A DNA stretch of 64,000 nt from Acidithiobacillus sp. (GTDB lineage Bacteria > Pseudomonadota > Gammaproteobacteria > Acidithiobacillales > Acidithiobacillaceae). The DNA is taken from positions 9,730-73,729 of the forward strand of contig DAHXMJ010000057.1 in the NCBI GenBank assembly GCA_027365525.1, read 5' to 3'. Shown piece by piece: positions 11,352 to 22,082 of the stretch. The position numbers and the translations under genes are program-made. Positions within the stretch are counted from its first letter, which is position 1. Every line of letters starts with the position of its first letter. The notes beneath the pieces were generated by a model. It was not told where the DNA came from and made no database searches. It saw nothing but the letters and a program-made list of their open reading frames with translations.

Positions 11352-12776
11352 CTATGGGTTACCGTAAGAATCAGAAGGGGGTGCATAATTTTCGAAGCGG
11401 GTATACTCGCCAAAAAAGCTCATACGCACAGTACCGACCGGACCATTGCGCTGCTTTCCGATGATGACTTCAGCTATGCCCCTTACTTCCTCTTTATCTT
11501 TGTGGTATACCTCGTCGCGGTACAGGAACAGGATCAGGTCTGCATCCTGCTCTATGGCACCAGATTCGCGGAGATCAGACATCTGCGGGCGTTTTTCGGT
11601 TCGGTTTTCCAGGCTCCGGTTCAGCTGGGAGAGAGCAATAATTGGTAGCTGCAACTCCTTGGCCAGGGCCTTGAGGGATCGGCTGATTTCAGAAATTTCC
11701 GCAACCCGGTTGTCTGAACGTCCAGGTACCTGCATGAGCTGAAGGTAATCAACGACAATAAGCTGGAGATTGTGTTCGCGCTTCAGCCGTCGCGCCCGGG
11801 AGCGCAGTTCTGTCGGGGTGAGGGCCGCTGAATCATCGGCAAAGAGGGGAGCGACATTGAGCTCCCCAACAGCCTGGGCAATCCGGGGCCAGTCATCTTT
11901 CCCCAGCGTACCACTGCGCAGTCTGTGCTGGTCTACCCGCCCCCGGGATGACAGGGCACGCAGGACAATTTCTTCATTCGGCATTTCCATGCTGAAGACC
12001 GCTACTGCCTGTTTTTCCATGCAGGCTACATGCTCAGCAATATTCATTGCAAAAGCTGTTTTGCCCATGCTCGGACGGCCGGCAACAATCACCAGCTGTC
12101 CCGGATGCAGACCAGAAGTTTTATCGTCCAGGTCCGAAAACCCTGTAGGAAGACCGGTAATGGCACTGCGGTCTTTAGCGACCTGCTCAATCCGGTCTAT
12201 GACGCCTGGCAGGACCTCCTTGACCTGAATAAACCCGCTGCCAGTACGGTCCTGCACTTGGGCCAGCTCAAAAACCTTTTTTTCCGCCATGTCAAGAAGG
12301 GCGGATGTCTCCCTGCCTTCCGGCCGGTACGCGAGGTCGGCGATTTCTCTGCCTATGCGGATCAGGGATCGCAGGACTGCCCGTTCGCGCACGATGCGGG
12401 CATATGCATGTGCGTTGGCTGCAGAGGGAGTGGCATTCGCCAGCTCGACAAGATAGGTAACACCGCCGATATTCCGGAGCAGGTCATGGTCCTGCAGGTA
12501 TTCCGCAAGAGTTACGGCATCCAGCTGGCGGTGTTCGCCAAGCATCTGGGCGATGGATCCGAAAATGACCTGATGGCGCTGTTCGTAAAAATCCGCTGCC
12601 ACCAGCTGCTCGGAAATCTGGTCCCAAGTATCGGGATCAATGAGCAGCCCGCCAATGACAGACTGCTCTGCTTCACGCGAATATGGTGGCGCCTTAACCG
12701 CACTCGTGCTGTCTGGGTCAGAGATGCGGTATGTTGCGCCAGATATGCCGCCTGTTGTGTCAGGCACGTTCCACAA
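11352..12776 (-). CDS. dnaB: Replicative DNA helicase
   Basis: PPYSREAEQSVIG, GRPSMGKT, DYLQLM, SDLRESGAIEQDAD, KQRNGP; no intein. Confidence 0.99.
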   Translation of the reverse strand: MWNVPDTTGGISGATYRISDPDSTSAVKAPPYSREAEQSVIGGLLIDPDTWDQISEQLVAADFYEQRHQVIFGSIAQMLGEHRQLDAVTLAEYLQDHDLLRNIGGVTYLVELANATPSAANAHAYARIVRERAVLRSLIRIGREIADLAYRPEGRETSALLDMAEKKVFELAQVQDRTGSGFIQVKEVLPGVIDRIEQVAKDRSAITGLPTGFSDLDDKTSGLHPGQLVIVAGRPSMGKTAFAMNIAEHVACMEKQAVAVFSMEMPNEEIVLRALSSRGRVDQHRLRSGTLGKDDWPRIAQAVGELNVAPLFADDSAALTPTELRSRARRLKREHNLQLIVVDYLQLMQVPGRSDNRVAEISEISRSLKALAKELQLPIIALSQLNRSLENRTEKRPQMSDLRESGAIEQDADLILFLYRDEVYHKDKEEVRGIAEVIIGKQRNGPVGTVRMSFFGEYTRFENYAPPSDSYGNP

Positions 12777-13206
12777 TCACCGATATATCCAGTTCCACTT
12801 CAGGGTGCAGATGGATCCGTGCGGTATATTCACCTGTACGCTTGATGGGACCTTCCGACAGACGTACTTCCGAATGCGAGATGGTATGGCCCAGTTCGTT
12901 GAGCATGCGTGCAATGTCATGATGCCCGACGGAGCCAAACAGGCGGCCATCCTCTCCAGCTTGGAGGGCGATACGCACTATTGCTTCAGCCAGGGCGGCG
13001 GCGCGTGCCTGGGCCACCTGCAGGCGTTCTGCCTCAGCCGTTTCGAGTGCTGCCTTGCGCTCCGCAAAGGCAGCAAGATTTGCTGTGGTGGCAACCACAG
13101 CTTTCCCTTGAGGAACCAGGAAATTCCTACCGTAACCGGGACGGACTTCGACAACATCTCCCAGGCGTCCCAGCTTGTTAATGCGTTCCAACAGAATGAT
13201 TTTCAT
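12760..13206 (-). CDS. rplI: 50S ribosomal protein L9
   Basis: MKIILLERINKLGRLGDVVEVRPGYGRNFLVP, GRLFGSV. Confidence 0.98.
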   Translation of the reverse strand: MKIILLERINKLGRLGDVVEVRPGYGRNFLVPQGKAVVATTANLAAFAERKAALETAEAERLQVAQARAAALAEAIVRIALQAGEDGRLFGSVGHHDIARMLNELGHTISHSEVRLSEGPIKRTGEYTARIHLHPEVELDISVIVERA

Positions 13207-13240
13207 CTTCCCATCCTTATGAAAAATCTTGTAGGCATGC

Positions 13241-14167
13241 CTACTGCTGGCTATGTGAAGCCAGTCTTCCATGCCAGTGAAAGAAACGGTCCAGAATCCC
13301 CAGTATGGTAACTGGTAACACCAGCTGGGAGAGCAGAACCATGACCAGATAGAACACCAGAAGAGACCAGGCCGGCCAGCCACGAATGGCGATCCACAGG
13401 TGAATCAGGCTCAGTCCCTGGAGAAGGTAGAACCCCCCAAGGAACAGAACCAGGTTCTGGCATGCCCATGCGGCTTGGCCGGGCAGCATCAGGCCGCCTG
13501 CCAGAACAGCAGCCAGGGCCCAGATCAGCCCTTCCGGGACCTCCAGGTTCTGGAATCGCCGCGCTGGTGGTGGGGCGGAACCTGTCTCCAGCGTTTCTTT
13601 CCAGCGGCTTGCCAGTGCTGCAGCCATGTTTCCTGCCAGAAGCAGTAGCAGACCAAGCATGCCGGGGATATAGGGTGCACTGAGCCTGACGGCGCGAAAC
13701 TGCTGCAGGCTGATATCGCTGCGTAATGGCTGTACCGCCTGCAGCAGCTCCTTCTGCCAGAACACAGCACCCATACCCTGTGGCAGAATCCAGAGACAAA
13801 CCGCCAGCAGGGCAGATCCCATAGCAGCCAAAGCCCATAGTGTGGTGCTCCAGCCCCGGAAACGCAGTCCCTCCCCCAAAATCCGGCCCGGCAGCCAGGC
13901 TGCCACTGCGAACAGTATGGCCATCTGTGGTTTCCAGCTGAGTACTCCGATAGCAGTTCCGGATATCAGCAGAACTTCCAGACTCTCCCTGCGCCCTGCC
14001 TGGACCGTCACCAAGGCGATCATGGCAAGCAGGCCAACCCAGAGAGGGAGCAGCAGTATGGGCAGGAAAATGGCAGCACCAAATACGAGGGTGACTGCGA
14101 GTCCTGCCCGCCATCGCCCACTCAGAAACCAGCGCAGGAATGTCGACTGACCGGCGGGTATTGGCAC
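13241..14167 (-). CDS. DUF2232/YybS-like polytopic membrane protein
   Basis: Highly hydrophobic ORF with YLLQGLSLIH and LGILDRFF motifs, in the known rpsR-rplI slot; GTG start inferred. Confidence 0.75.
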   Translation of the reverse strand: MPIPAGQSTFLRWFLSGRWRAGLAVTLVFGAAIFLPILLLPLWVGLLAMIALVTVQAGRRESLEVLLISGTAIGVLSWKPQMAILFAVAAWLPGRILGEGLRFRGWSTTLWALAAMGSALLAVCLWILPQGMGAVFWQKELLQAVQPLRSDISLQQFRAVRLSAPYIPGMLGLLLLLAGNMAAALASRWKETLETGSAPPPARRFQNLEVPEGLIWALAAVLAGGLMLPGQAAWACQNLVLFLGGFYLLQGLSLIHLWIAIRGWPAWSLLVFYLVMVLLSQLVLPVTILGILDRFFHWHGRLASHSQQ

Positions 14168-14186
14168 TGGAGCGTGTCTGTGGCGT

Positions 14187-14450
14187 TCAGCGCACCACGT
14201 ATGGCAACAGCGCCAAGAACCGGGCGCGCTTGATGGCAGTAGCCAGCTGACGCTGATACAGGGCACTGGTACCCGTGATGCGGCTGGGCACAATTTTGCC
14301 TGTCTCACCAATAAAGGCCTGCAGGGTTTTCAGATCCTTGTAATCAATTTCCTTGACCCCTTCTGCCTTGAAACGGCAGGTTTTGCGCCGACGGGAAAAG
14401 CTGCCGCCACGCCGGTCTCCGTCCCCATCACGGTCTTTGTGAAAAGCCAT
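14187..14450 (-). CDS. rpsR: 30S ribosomal protein S18
   Basis: [35 protein letters not shown]. Confidence 0.99.
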   Translation of the reverse strand: MAFHKDRDGDGDRRGGSFSRRRKTCRFKAEGVKEIDYKDLKTLQAFIGETGKIVPSRITGTSALYQRQLATAIKRARFLALLPYVVR

Positions 14451-14462
14451 ATTTAGATCTCC

Positions 14463-14864
14463 TTATTCTGCACCTTCGGTTTCATGACTGGAGTCCCCTG
14501 CTTCTCCGCTGTCGTTGCGCTCATCGTGACGTTCGCGGCGCTCGCTGTCATCCCGGGCCAGGAATGAGGGTTCCGTGATGGTTTCCTCACGTGCCAAGAT
14601 CAGGTGTCTCAGAACTGCATCGCTGAAACGGAAGGCATCTTCCAGCTCGGCCAGGGCGGCCGCGCTGCACTCAATGTTCATGAGAACATAATGGGCCTTG
14701 TGGGCTTTCTTGATGGGGTAGGCCAGCTGGCGCCGGCCCCAGTCTTCCAGACGGTGGATGAGGCCATTATCGCCTTCAATCATGCCGCGATAGCGCTCAA
14801 TCATCTGGGGTACCAGTTCGCTTTGGTCGGGATGGACCAGGAAAACTATTTCATAATGACGCAA
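14463..14864 (-). CDS. rpsF: 30S ribosomal protein S6
   Basis: (M)[27 protein letters not shown]; TTG start 7 nt after an AAGGAG RBS. Confidence 0.97.
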   Translation of the reverse strand: MRHYEIVFLVHPDQSELVPQMIERYRGMIEGDNGLIHRLEDWGRRQLAYPIKKAHKAHYVLMNIECSAAALAELEDAFRFSDAVLRHLILAREETITEPSFLARDDSERRERHDERNDSGEAGDSSHETEGAE

Positions 14865-14869
14865 TTGTG

Positions 14870-14921
14870 GCTCCTTGCGGTTCACATGGAGTCCGGACGC
14901 CTATCGCCCGGACAAGGAGAC
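14870..14921 (-). promoter_or_regulatory. Putative rpsF leader (S6:S18 autoregulatory RNA)
   Basis: On the minus strand CTCCTTG pairs with CAAGGAG (the SD) around an inner TCCGG..CCGGA stem, with CCG immediately 5' of the SD arm, as described for the S6:S18 leader. Confidence 0.65.
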
Positions 14922-15096
14922 ACCTTCTTGTAAAGGTGAGCGCGTATTCTACGCTATGGCGGTAAAAAAACAAGGGCTTGCCGGATTTTTGCGCCAGGAT
15001 CGAATCCGGCGGGGGGCAGGTGGAAACCGGGTTGGGTAAGGTGGCGCATTGCTGCCACAAAAAACTTGCAGACCAATGGACAATGGGTAGCGTGTC

Positions 15097-15530
15097 ATGA
15101 AAAACAGTAGTGTTTCTGGGAGTGGTATGGGCGGGCTGGATCTGGGGATCAGGGGGTACTGCAGCGTGCGGCAAATTTTCAGGCTGGAAAAAAAAGCCCA
15201 TAAAGATAAAGGTGGCCATATTGCTGGGGGAAATTTTTGCTCTACGGATGGTCAGTGGTTGTCAGGCAGCTGTTCGTAACGGCCACCTGACGGAACAATG
15301 GATCATGACGGCTTTTGCCCTGTGCAGGAAAAGGTCCATGAGATTCGGGATGGCTCGGGTATCGTTGTGCACAACCGCCAGTCGAAGTATCCCGGGGTCG
15401 TAGCCAGGCTGGAAAAGGTGGGGACGGGATTCCTGGTCTTTCCATGATTAACCGGCCAAACATGGCGGCATATCAGGACCACCAGTGCCATTGAGCCGGT
15501 CTTTGCCACGATATGCTATCCGTACGTCGT
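15097..15530 (+). pseudogene. IS256-family transposase remnant with internal deletion and frameshifts
   Basis: Fragments in different frames: AVRNGHLTEQWIMT, EIRDGSGI, KYPGVVARLEK, HD*PAKH, WRHIRTTSAIEPVFATI; these match recalled IS256 motifs VVRNGYLPER, KYPKA..CL.K and PAEHWRHIRTTNPIES.FATVR. Confidence 0.8.
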
Positions 15531-15651
15531 TCGCAGGAGCTTCGCGGGGCGGGGTTTAAAATGAAATCCAGCTCCGGGACGAACAGGGAGCTACCAGAAG
15601 CTACGCCAGCAAAGGCTCTTCCGTCAGAAATGATGACAGCACCGAGTTCTC

Positions 15652-16704
15652 TCAGGGCTGCGGAAATCTATCTGCCAGCCTGGCAATCTGAAAACGGCGG
15701 CGTTCCACTTCTTCAGCAGACATACTACGGCGCTGACGGAATTTTCCGCACAGATTCCCCAGATCTCTGGTACCGGCGCGCCCTTTCAGGTATTCCATTG
15801 CTGTTTCCGCTCCCACAGGATCATTACACATTAGCAGCAGGTCACAGCCGGCAGAAAGTGCCATTTTCAGACGGTCCGGGATCTCTCCTGCTCCCAAGGC
15901 ACCTGCCATGCTGAGATCGTCACTGATGATGACGCCGGAAAAACCCATCCGGTTTCTGAGGAAGTCCTGCAGCCAGATGGATGAATATCCGGCGGGGTGG
16001 TTGGGATCTACGGAAGGGTAGAGACAGTGGGCGGGCATGATAGCTGGTATTCCGGCCCTGACCAGATGGTGGAAAGGAAGAAGGTCTGGTTCCAGTTCTG
16101 CAAGGGGACGGCCATCCACGGGCAGGACCAGATGGGAATCAGCGGCTACTCCTCCATGTCCTGGGAAATGCTTTCCTGCTCCGGCCAGACCCTGCTCAGC
16201 CATCCCCTGCCATATGGCTGCTCCCAGTACGGAAACCCATTGGGCATCGTGGTGCAGGGCACGGTCACCGATTACGGAAGATACCCCATGATCCACATCC
16301 ACGCAGGGTGTGAAGTCAAGATCGATCCCCAGATAGCCCAGTTCGTATCCGAGGAGCTGTCCCCATCCAGTCGCAGCATCTGTAGCGGCCTCCAGGCCTT
16401 CGGCATCTGCGAGTTTCCCCAGTACAGACTGGGCAGGAAATCGGGTGACCCCGTTTCGCAGGCGCTGGACCCGCCCCCCCTCCTGGTCTATGCCGATAAT
16501 GAGAGGGGGATCCCTCAGTTCATGGATGGCATGGCAGAGCATCCGTACCTGTTCAGCATCCTGGCAGTTACGCTGGAAAAGGATGATTCCACCAATGGCA
16601 GGATGGAGAAGCTTTTCCCATTCTTCGTGGAGAAGTTCGGGGCCCTGAAGATCGATCATCAGGGGACCATATCGCATGGGGACAGGGCGGTTTGCGGAGG
16701 CCAT
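15652..16704 (-). CDS. nagZ: Beta-N-acetylhexosaminidase (GH3)
   Basis: IDQEGGRVQR, KHFPGHGGVAADSH, SDDLSM. Confidence 0.97.
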   Translation of the reverse strand: MASANRPVPMRYGPLMIDLQGPELLHEEWEKLLHPAIGGIILFQRNCQDAEQVRMLCHAIHELRDPPLIIGIDQEGGRVQRLRNGVTRFPAQSVLGKLADAEGLEAATDAATGWGQLLGYELGYLGIDLDFTPCVDVDHGVSSVIGDRALHHDAQWVSVLGAAIWQGMAEQGLAGAGKHFPGHGGVAADSHLVLPVDGRPLAELEPDLLPFHHLVRAGIPAIMPAHCLYPSVDPNHPAGYSSIWLQDFLRNRMGFSGVIISDDLSMAGALGAGEIPDRLKMALSAGCDLLLMCNDPVGAETAMEYLKGRAGTRDLGNLCGKFRQRRSMSAEEVERRRFQIARLADRFPQP

Positions 16705-16715
16705 GAATATTTTCC

Positions 16716-18776
16716 TTATTTCCGGGTTTTGTCCTGGTCTGGCTGCACAAGGACCATGTCTTCCGGCATGGAGATGGGCAGGACAATCTGTGGAGGCCTG
16801 CTGGGAACTCCACGTACATGGACCGGGACGATCATCATGCTGAACCCCTCATGCTGGAGGCGGTCCTGGATAATAAAGCTGACCTCGTCATGGAGGATGC
16901 CCCAGAGAGGACCACTCTGATCTGCATCAATGACCCGGCCAGCAAAAAAGATACTCTGGGGAAAATACCGGATGGCTACATTGGCCAGTTCTTCCATGGC
17001 CTGTATGCGGTCTGTACTGTAGGTGGCAAACCATGTGGCCGGCATTCCCTGGGCCCGACAGAAAGCCACATACTGGTTGGCCTCGGTCTCGGTGTAAATT
17101 TTGAGGTCTTCAATTGCCTTGATGCCCTTGAATTCTCCCTGTCCGACAATGCCTGCCAGGAGGAAAACGTAGTTTTTTACCAGCCCCCCTACCATCCGGT
17201 GTGCAGTAAGCAGGGTGTGCAGACCCAGCCCGTCAAACCGGCTGACAAAAAACACGGCGGTACTGCCGCGGGGATCCAGGGGAAGCGCAGGTCCAGGCTC
17301 AAGATTCTCGGGGACGACGTCCAGCATGGTCTCGTCCAGTTCCTTGGTACGCCTGCCGAGGGAGCGGTAATGCTGGTAGATCAGGTAGCTGAGGGCAATG
17401 AGTGCACTGGTTACCAGAAGCGTAAACCACCCACCAGCATCAAATTTCTCCAGGACCGTGATAATCAGGATGCCACCGGTCACGACAAGCCCGAAAGCAC
17501 TGGTCAGGAAGCGCCGCAACCAGAGGGGTTCCTGGTGCCGCTGCTGCAGCCAGTGCCGGCATAGTCCTGCCATCGTCAGTGTGAAGGTAATGAACACGTT
17601 GATGCTGTACAGGAGCACCAGTGTGCGTACATGGCCACCGGTTGCCAGAAGCAGGACAATGGCGCTACCACCAATGAGCAGGATGCCATTCCTTGAGACA
17701 AACCGCTCGGAAAGATAGGAAAACCGCTCTGGCAGCCAGCGGTCGACTGCCATGTTGGCCATAACAATCGGGGCCGTAATGAGGCCGGTATTGGCGGCAA
17801 CAAAAAGCAGAAGCCCCTCGCTCAGCAGGGTCGCAAAAGTGACATAGCCGCCCAGATGGACTCCGGTCCAGTCCCAGTTTCCGGTGATGCGTGCATACAG
17901 GGCGGCGTTCAGGGTTTGTCCTACATGGGCGTGGGCATGATAGATGAGATAGAGAAAAATGAGGCTGCCAGCTACCAGGGAAAGGGACGTGGCCAGCAGC
18001 GTCATGGTCCTCTGCCCGGTCTGGATCCGGGGTTCACGCATGATATGGACCCCGTTTGCCACTGCCTCCAGCCCGGTATAGGTGCCACCACCCATGCTAA
18101 AAGCCCTCAGGACCAGGGCGACCATGAACAGCCAGCCAAAACGTAGGCTGTCGTGCTGTATCCCATGGAGAGTATCTCTGGAAATTTCCGGGAAGGCCGA
18201 AACGTGGCTTAGCAGCCCCCATCCAAGCACAAGAATATGGGTTAGAAGAAAGGCCATGAAGACGGGAAGCAGAACCTTGATGGACTCCTTCATTCCGCGC
18301 AGGTTCAGCAATACCAGAAAGAGCAGGATCGCTACGTCGAGCAGGATGCGCTGAGCATACCATTGTGGGGGGAGTGCGCTGAGCACTGCCTCGGTGCCGG
18401 AGGCGACAGAAACTGCTGCTGTCAGTATATAGTCGATAATAAGCGCCGAACCGCTCACCAGGCCTGCAAGGGGACCCAGCAGTGTGGTGGCGGTATGGTA
18501 TCCACCGCCCCCTTCCGGAAACAGGGCGATGACCTGCTTGTAACCGGCTGATATGACAAATACCGTTAACGGAATCCCTATAGCCAGAAAAGTGGAGAGA
18601 TATTCATGGCCATGGAGGGTGTAGTAAATTTCGGGAGGGCCATAAGCCGAAGAGGAAAGTGCATCGGATCCCAGCCCAATCCAGGCCAGAAAGGCCGCGA
18701 GTGAGAGCTTTTCAAAGAGCTTGGGATTGAACACATCGACAGCTCTTCCGATACGCGGGAAAAGGGGGCGGCGCAT
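16716..18776 (-). CDS. APC-superfamily transporter, KimA/YdaO-like putative K+/H+ symporter
   Basis: DALSSSAYGP, GGGGY, IDYILTAAVSV, NLRGMKES, TGLEAVANGV; many TM segments plus a soluble C-terminal domain. Confidence 0.8.
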   Translation of the reverse strand: MRRPLFPRIGRAVDVFNPKLFEKLSLAAFLAWIGLGSDALSSSAYGPPEIYYTLHGHEYLSTFLAIGIPLTVFVISAGYKQVIALFPEGGGGYHTATTLLGPLAGLVSGSALIIDYILTAAVSVASGTEAVLSALPPQWYAQRILLDVAILLFLVLLNLRGMKESIKVLLPVFMAFLLTHILVLGWGLLSHVSAFPEISRDTLHGIQHDSLRFGWLFMVALVLRAFSMGGGTYTGLEAVANGVHIMREPRIQTGQRTMTLLATSLSLVAGSLIFLYLIYHAHAHVGQTLNAALYARITGNWDWTGVHLGGYVTFATLLSEGLLLFVAANTGLITAPIVMANMAVDRWLPERFSYLSERFVSRNGILLIGGSAIVLLLATGGHVRTLVLLYSINVFITFTLTMAGLCRHWLQQRHQEPLWLRRFLTSAFGLVVTGGILIITVLEKFDAGGWFTLLVTSALIALSYLIYQHYRSLGRRTKELDETMLDVVPENLEPGPALPLDPRGSTAVFFVSRFDGLGLHTLLTAHRMVGGLVKNYVFLLAGIVGQGEFKGIKAIEDLKIYTETEANQYVAFCRAQGMPATWFATYSTDRIQAMEELANVAIRYFPQSIFFAGRVIDADQSGPLWGILHDEVSFIIQDRLQHEGFSMMIVPVHVRGVPSRPPQIVLPISMPEDMVLVQPDQDKTRK

Positions 18777-19322
18777 TCATTCTCTCCTTTGTGGCCAGAT
18801 GTGTCGGGGATATTCCAGCCCAATGAATACCGGAGTGCCGCAGGGGCTGCGATTGAACAGCGTGATGACATCCTGGGGGGACATCCGGATGCATCCGGCA
18901 GAAACGGGCAAACCCAGTCCCGAAAGATCAGCTGTGCCGTGGATATAGATGTATCTGCGGAAGGTATCTGTTTTCCCGCCAAGGTTTTTCCCCGGTTCAA
19001 GACCGGAGAGCCAGAGGATGCGGGCCAGAATGGGATCCCTGCCGGCCGGAGTTCTGCCACCATCCCAGTACTCTCCCTGCCAGCGGCGCCCCCGGAGTAT
19101 GGCCATGGGAGAGAGTCCTTCGCCAATGGATGCCCGGACCCGGTGCCAGCCTCTTGGTGTCCGTCCACTTCCGGATGTTTCTCCAAGGCCTGCCCTGGCG
19201 GTAGATACCGGATAGCTCTCCAGGCAGAATTCGCCTGACATTTCCTGCAGGGTCTGGGCCTGCGTATTGATCCATAACCACTGATCCAGTTCAGCGGGTG
19301 AAGAGGGCAATGGATTCCACAT
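18777..19322 (-). CDS. L,D-transpeptidase (YkuD) family protein
   Basis: YPVSTA, RTPRGWH, YIYIHGT...SAGCIRM catalytic His/Cys motif; start uncertain. Confidence 0.88.
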   Translation of the reverse strand: MWNPLPSSPAELDQWLWINTQAQTLQEMSGEFCLESYPVSTARAGLGETSGSGRTPRGWHRVRASIGEGLSPMAILRGRRWQGEYWDGGRTPAGRDPILARILWLSGLEPGKNLGGKTDTFRRYIYIHGTADLSGLGLPVSAGCIRMSPQDVITLFNRSPCGTPVFIGLEYPRHIWPQRRE

Positions 19323-20610
19323 GGGCTGTATGGGGAAACATGTTGATGACTCCTGCACTGTGGAGCTGGAAACCTTCGCGAACCAGGAAGGCCGCATCCC
19401 TCGCGAGGGTGTCGGGATTGCATGAAACGTAGACAAGCCGCCGCAGTTCTGGCGGGAGATCCTTCAGGATTTCAATGGCGCCGCTACGGGGAGGGTCAAT
19501 CAGCATCTTGCTTACCGTTTTCCCTCCGAGGAGATCTGCGATCCGGGTCTGTGTAAGATCTGCACTGCAGAAGCGCGCACGGTCTGACAGCCCATTTTCA
19601 GCAGCATTTTCGGCCGCTAGCCGGGTCAGGCGTGCATCACCCTCCACCCCTAAAACATTGGCACCCAGGGCCGCAATGGGCAAGGTAAAATTGCCAAGTC
19701 CGCAAAACAGGTCGACAACGCGTTCTCCAGGCTGCGGGTCAAGCAGGGTCATAGCCCGTCTTACCAGCAGGGGATTGATCGACTGGTTTACCTGGGTGAA
19801 TACCAGGGGGGTAAAGCGGAGACGGAGGCTGTACTCTGGAATCGCGTAAACCAGCGGTTCCGGATTTTCAGGTACGATACAGTGGATGCTTTCGGGCCCA
19901 CCCCCCTGAAGCCAGATCTGCAGTCCATGTTCCTGACCAAACCCCCCCAGCAGTTTCTTGTCCCTGGGTGATAGGGCCCCAAGGTGGCGGAAGACCAGTG
20001 CCGCCACTTCCGGAGTGCAGGCAATTTCAATCTGTGGGAGGCTTCTTGGCTCATCGAGGCGGGCTACGAGAGCACGGAGATCCAGGATGCGTTCTCCTAC
20101 CCGGGGATCCAGAACGGGACAACGGGCCATTTCAGCAACGAAACTGGAGTGATATTCCCGGAAGCCTACTAGCGCACCACGGGTCCCCGGGACCCGGACG
20201 GAAAGGCGTGCTTTCCCGCGGTAGGCCAAATCTGGTCCGAGGGTGGGGGGAAGCATCCGGCCGGGACGGACCCGGCCGATATGCCAGAGCTGGTCTTCCA
20301 GATGGCGCTGCTTTACAGCTAGCTGAGCCTGTGGATCCAGATGCTGCAAGCTGCACCCTCCGCAGATACCCGCGTGGGGGCAGGGGGGAACGGTACGCTG
20401 GGACGAAGGGCGGTCTACGGATAGCAGGCGTGCGCGGTCATATTTGGGAGTAGTTTCGAAGCACTGGACCCGGACATGTTCTCCAGGTAGTGCTCCTGCC
20501 ACGAAAACAACCTTTCCGTCCAGCCGTCCGACACCAGAACCTTCAGCGTCTAGGGACTGGATGTCCATCCTGCAGGCAGGCGCATCCCGGACAGGCTTGG
20601 GGCGTGTCAT
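19291..20610 (-). CDS. rlmD: 23S rRNA m5U1939 methyltransferase
   Basis: TRAM domain, [10 protein letters not shown] Fe-S motif, [30 protein letters not shown]. Confidence 0.96.
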   Translation of the reverse strand: MTRPKPVRDAPACRMDIQSLDAEGSGVGRLDGKVVFVAGALPGEHVRVQCFETTPKYDRARLLSVDRPSSQRTVPPCPHAGICGGCSLQHLDPQAQLAVKQRHLEDQLWHIGRVRPGRMLPPTLGPDLAYRGKARLSVRVPGTRGALVGFREYHSSFVAEMARCPVLDPRVGERILDLRALVARLDEPRSLPQIEIACTPEVAALVFRHLGALSPRDKKLLGGFGQEHGLQIWLQGGGPESIHCIVPENPEPLVYAIPEYSLRLRFTPLVFTQVNQSINPLLVRRAMTLLDPQPGERVVDLFCGLGNFTLPIAALGANVLGVEGDARLTRLAAENAAENGLSDRARFCSADLTQTRIADLLGGKTVSKMLIDPPRSGAIEILKDLPPELRRLVYVSCNPDTLARDAAFLVREGFQLHSAGVINMFPHTAHVESIALFTR

Positions 20611-21114
20611 GCAGCATCACCCGTTTCATGATGGAGAAAAGCCTGCCTGCAGGCCGGCAGGAAAACGGCCTGCTCCAGCGCTGAAATCCTGTTGCCCAAA
20701 TGCTGGATGGATACCCCGTCAATCCTCATGCCTCATGCTCCAGTTCCATTTTGGGACTTGCCCTGCTCCGAAGCGAGGCAAATCCATCCCAAACTGTGCG
20801 GCGATTGTACCCTACGATATCTACCCTGGGCAGTCCTTCCCGGGAAAAAGGGGCACAATTCTCTATGGGAAGATGGTGTTCTCTCCAGGAAGTCTGGATG
20901 ACCGGTGGCATGGACCTGCTTCCATGCATGGTCTGGCAAAGGGAATTTTTTGTGGCTTCTGCCTCTGGCATGGACGGGTTCTTCCATGGGTGCGGCCGTA
21001 CGGCCCGCAGGCGTTCCCCATGGTATTCCTGTGGTGCTGCGACATCTCCACCGGGAGATTTGTACCATGCCAGGAACTAAAAGGAGCCGCGGATCGGGAG
21101 CAATAGTGTACGGT

Positions 21115-21999
21115 TCAGGAAGAAAATATTCCGGTAGACAGGTAGCGGTCTCCACGGTCGCAGATGATGGTTACCAGTACACCGTGCTCCAGCTCCGTGG
21201 CTATGCGCAGCGCTGCGGCGACGGCTCCCCCGGAAGATATGCCGGCCAGTATACCCTCTTCGCGTGCCAGCCTCCTGGTCATTTCTTCGGCTTCTTCTTG
21301 GGATACATCCATAACGCGGCTGATCTGGTCGGGGTGGTAAATGGTGGGGAGATAGTCCTTGGGCCACCGTCTGATCCCCGGGATTTTGGCTCCCTCAGAT
21401 GGCTGTACACCGACAATCTGGATCCCTGGCTGCACCTCCAGGAGATATCGTGAGGTCCCCATAATCGTTCCAGTGGTCCCCATGGCGGAAATAAAGTGGG
21501 TAATCTGCCCCCGCGTGTCACGCCAGATTTCAGGTCCGGTACCCAGATAATGGGCTTCCGGATTATCCGGGTTGGAAAACTGGTCCAGCATGAAGCCCTC
21601 TCCTGCTGCGACCATTTCCCGGGCCCGATCAATAGCTCCTTCCATGCCGGCTTCTGCAGGTGTCAGCAGAATTTCTGCTCCAAAGGCACGCATGACCTGT
21701 CTCCGCTCCACACTCATGTTTTCCGGCATAACAAGGGTGATCCGGAGTCCGCGGACACTGGCAGCCATGGCAAGAGCGATTCCTGTGTTGCCACTGGTGG
21801 GTTCCACAAGCCGGGTCTGAAGGGTTATTGTCCCCCGTTCCAGCCCCCGCCGGATCATGTGGAGAGCGGGGCGATCCTTGACCGAGCCGGCAGGGTTGTT
21901 GCCTTCAAGCTTTCCCAAAATCCGCACACTCCCCTTTGGACTTAGACGCCGGAATTCACAGAGGGGGGTGTTGCCAATCCAGTTTTCCAGTCTATCCAT
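21115..21999 (-). CDS. cysM: Cysteine synthase B
   Basis: KLEGNNPAGSVKDR, TSGNTG, MGTTGTIMG, IPGIRRW, CDRGDRYLS. Confidence 0.97.
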   Translation of the reverse strand: MDRLENWIGNTPLCEFRRLSPKGSVRILGKLEGNNPAGSVKDRPALHMIRRGLERGTITLQTRLVEPTSGNTGIALAMAASVRGLRITLVMPENMSVERRQVMRAFGAEILLTPAEAGMEGAIDRAREMVAAGEGFMLDQFSNPDNPEAHYLGTGPEIWRDTRGQITHFISAMGTTGTIMGTSRYLLEVQPGIQIVGVQPSEGAKIPGIRRWPKDYLPTIYHPDQISRVMDVSQEEAEEMTRRLAREEGILAGISSGGAVAAALRIATELEHGVLVTIICDRGDRYLSTGIFSS

Positions 22000-22082
22000 G
22001 CCATTTCTCCAAGGATCCAGAAATGCAGGCTAACACTACTTTGCCGTGGACCCAAAGCAATCCCCACTCTATTATGGAGAAT

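Noticed and set aside
10447-11367. 306-aa + strand ORF
   Set aside because: Its 5' part is antisense to alr, its composition is not protein-like and it has no motif; only the distal frame is mentioned, as a speculative frameshift extension.
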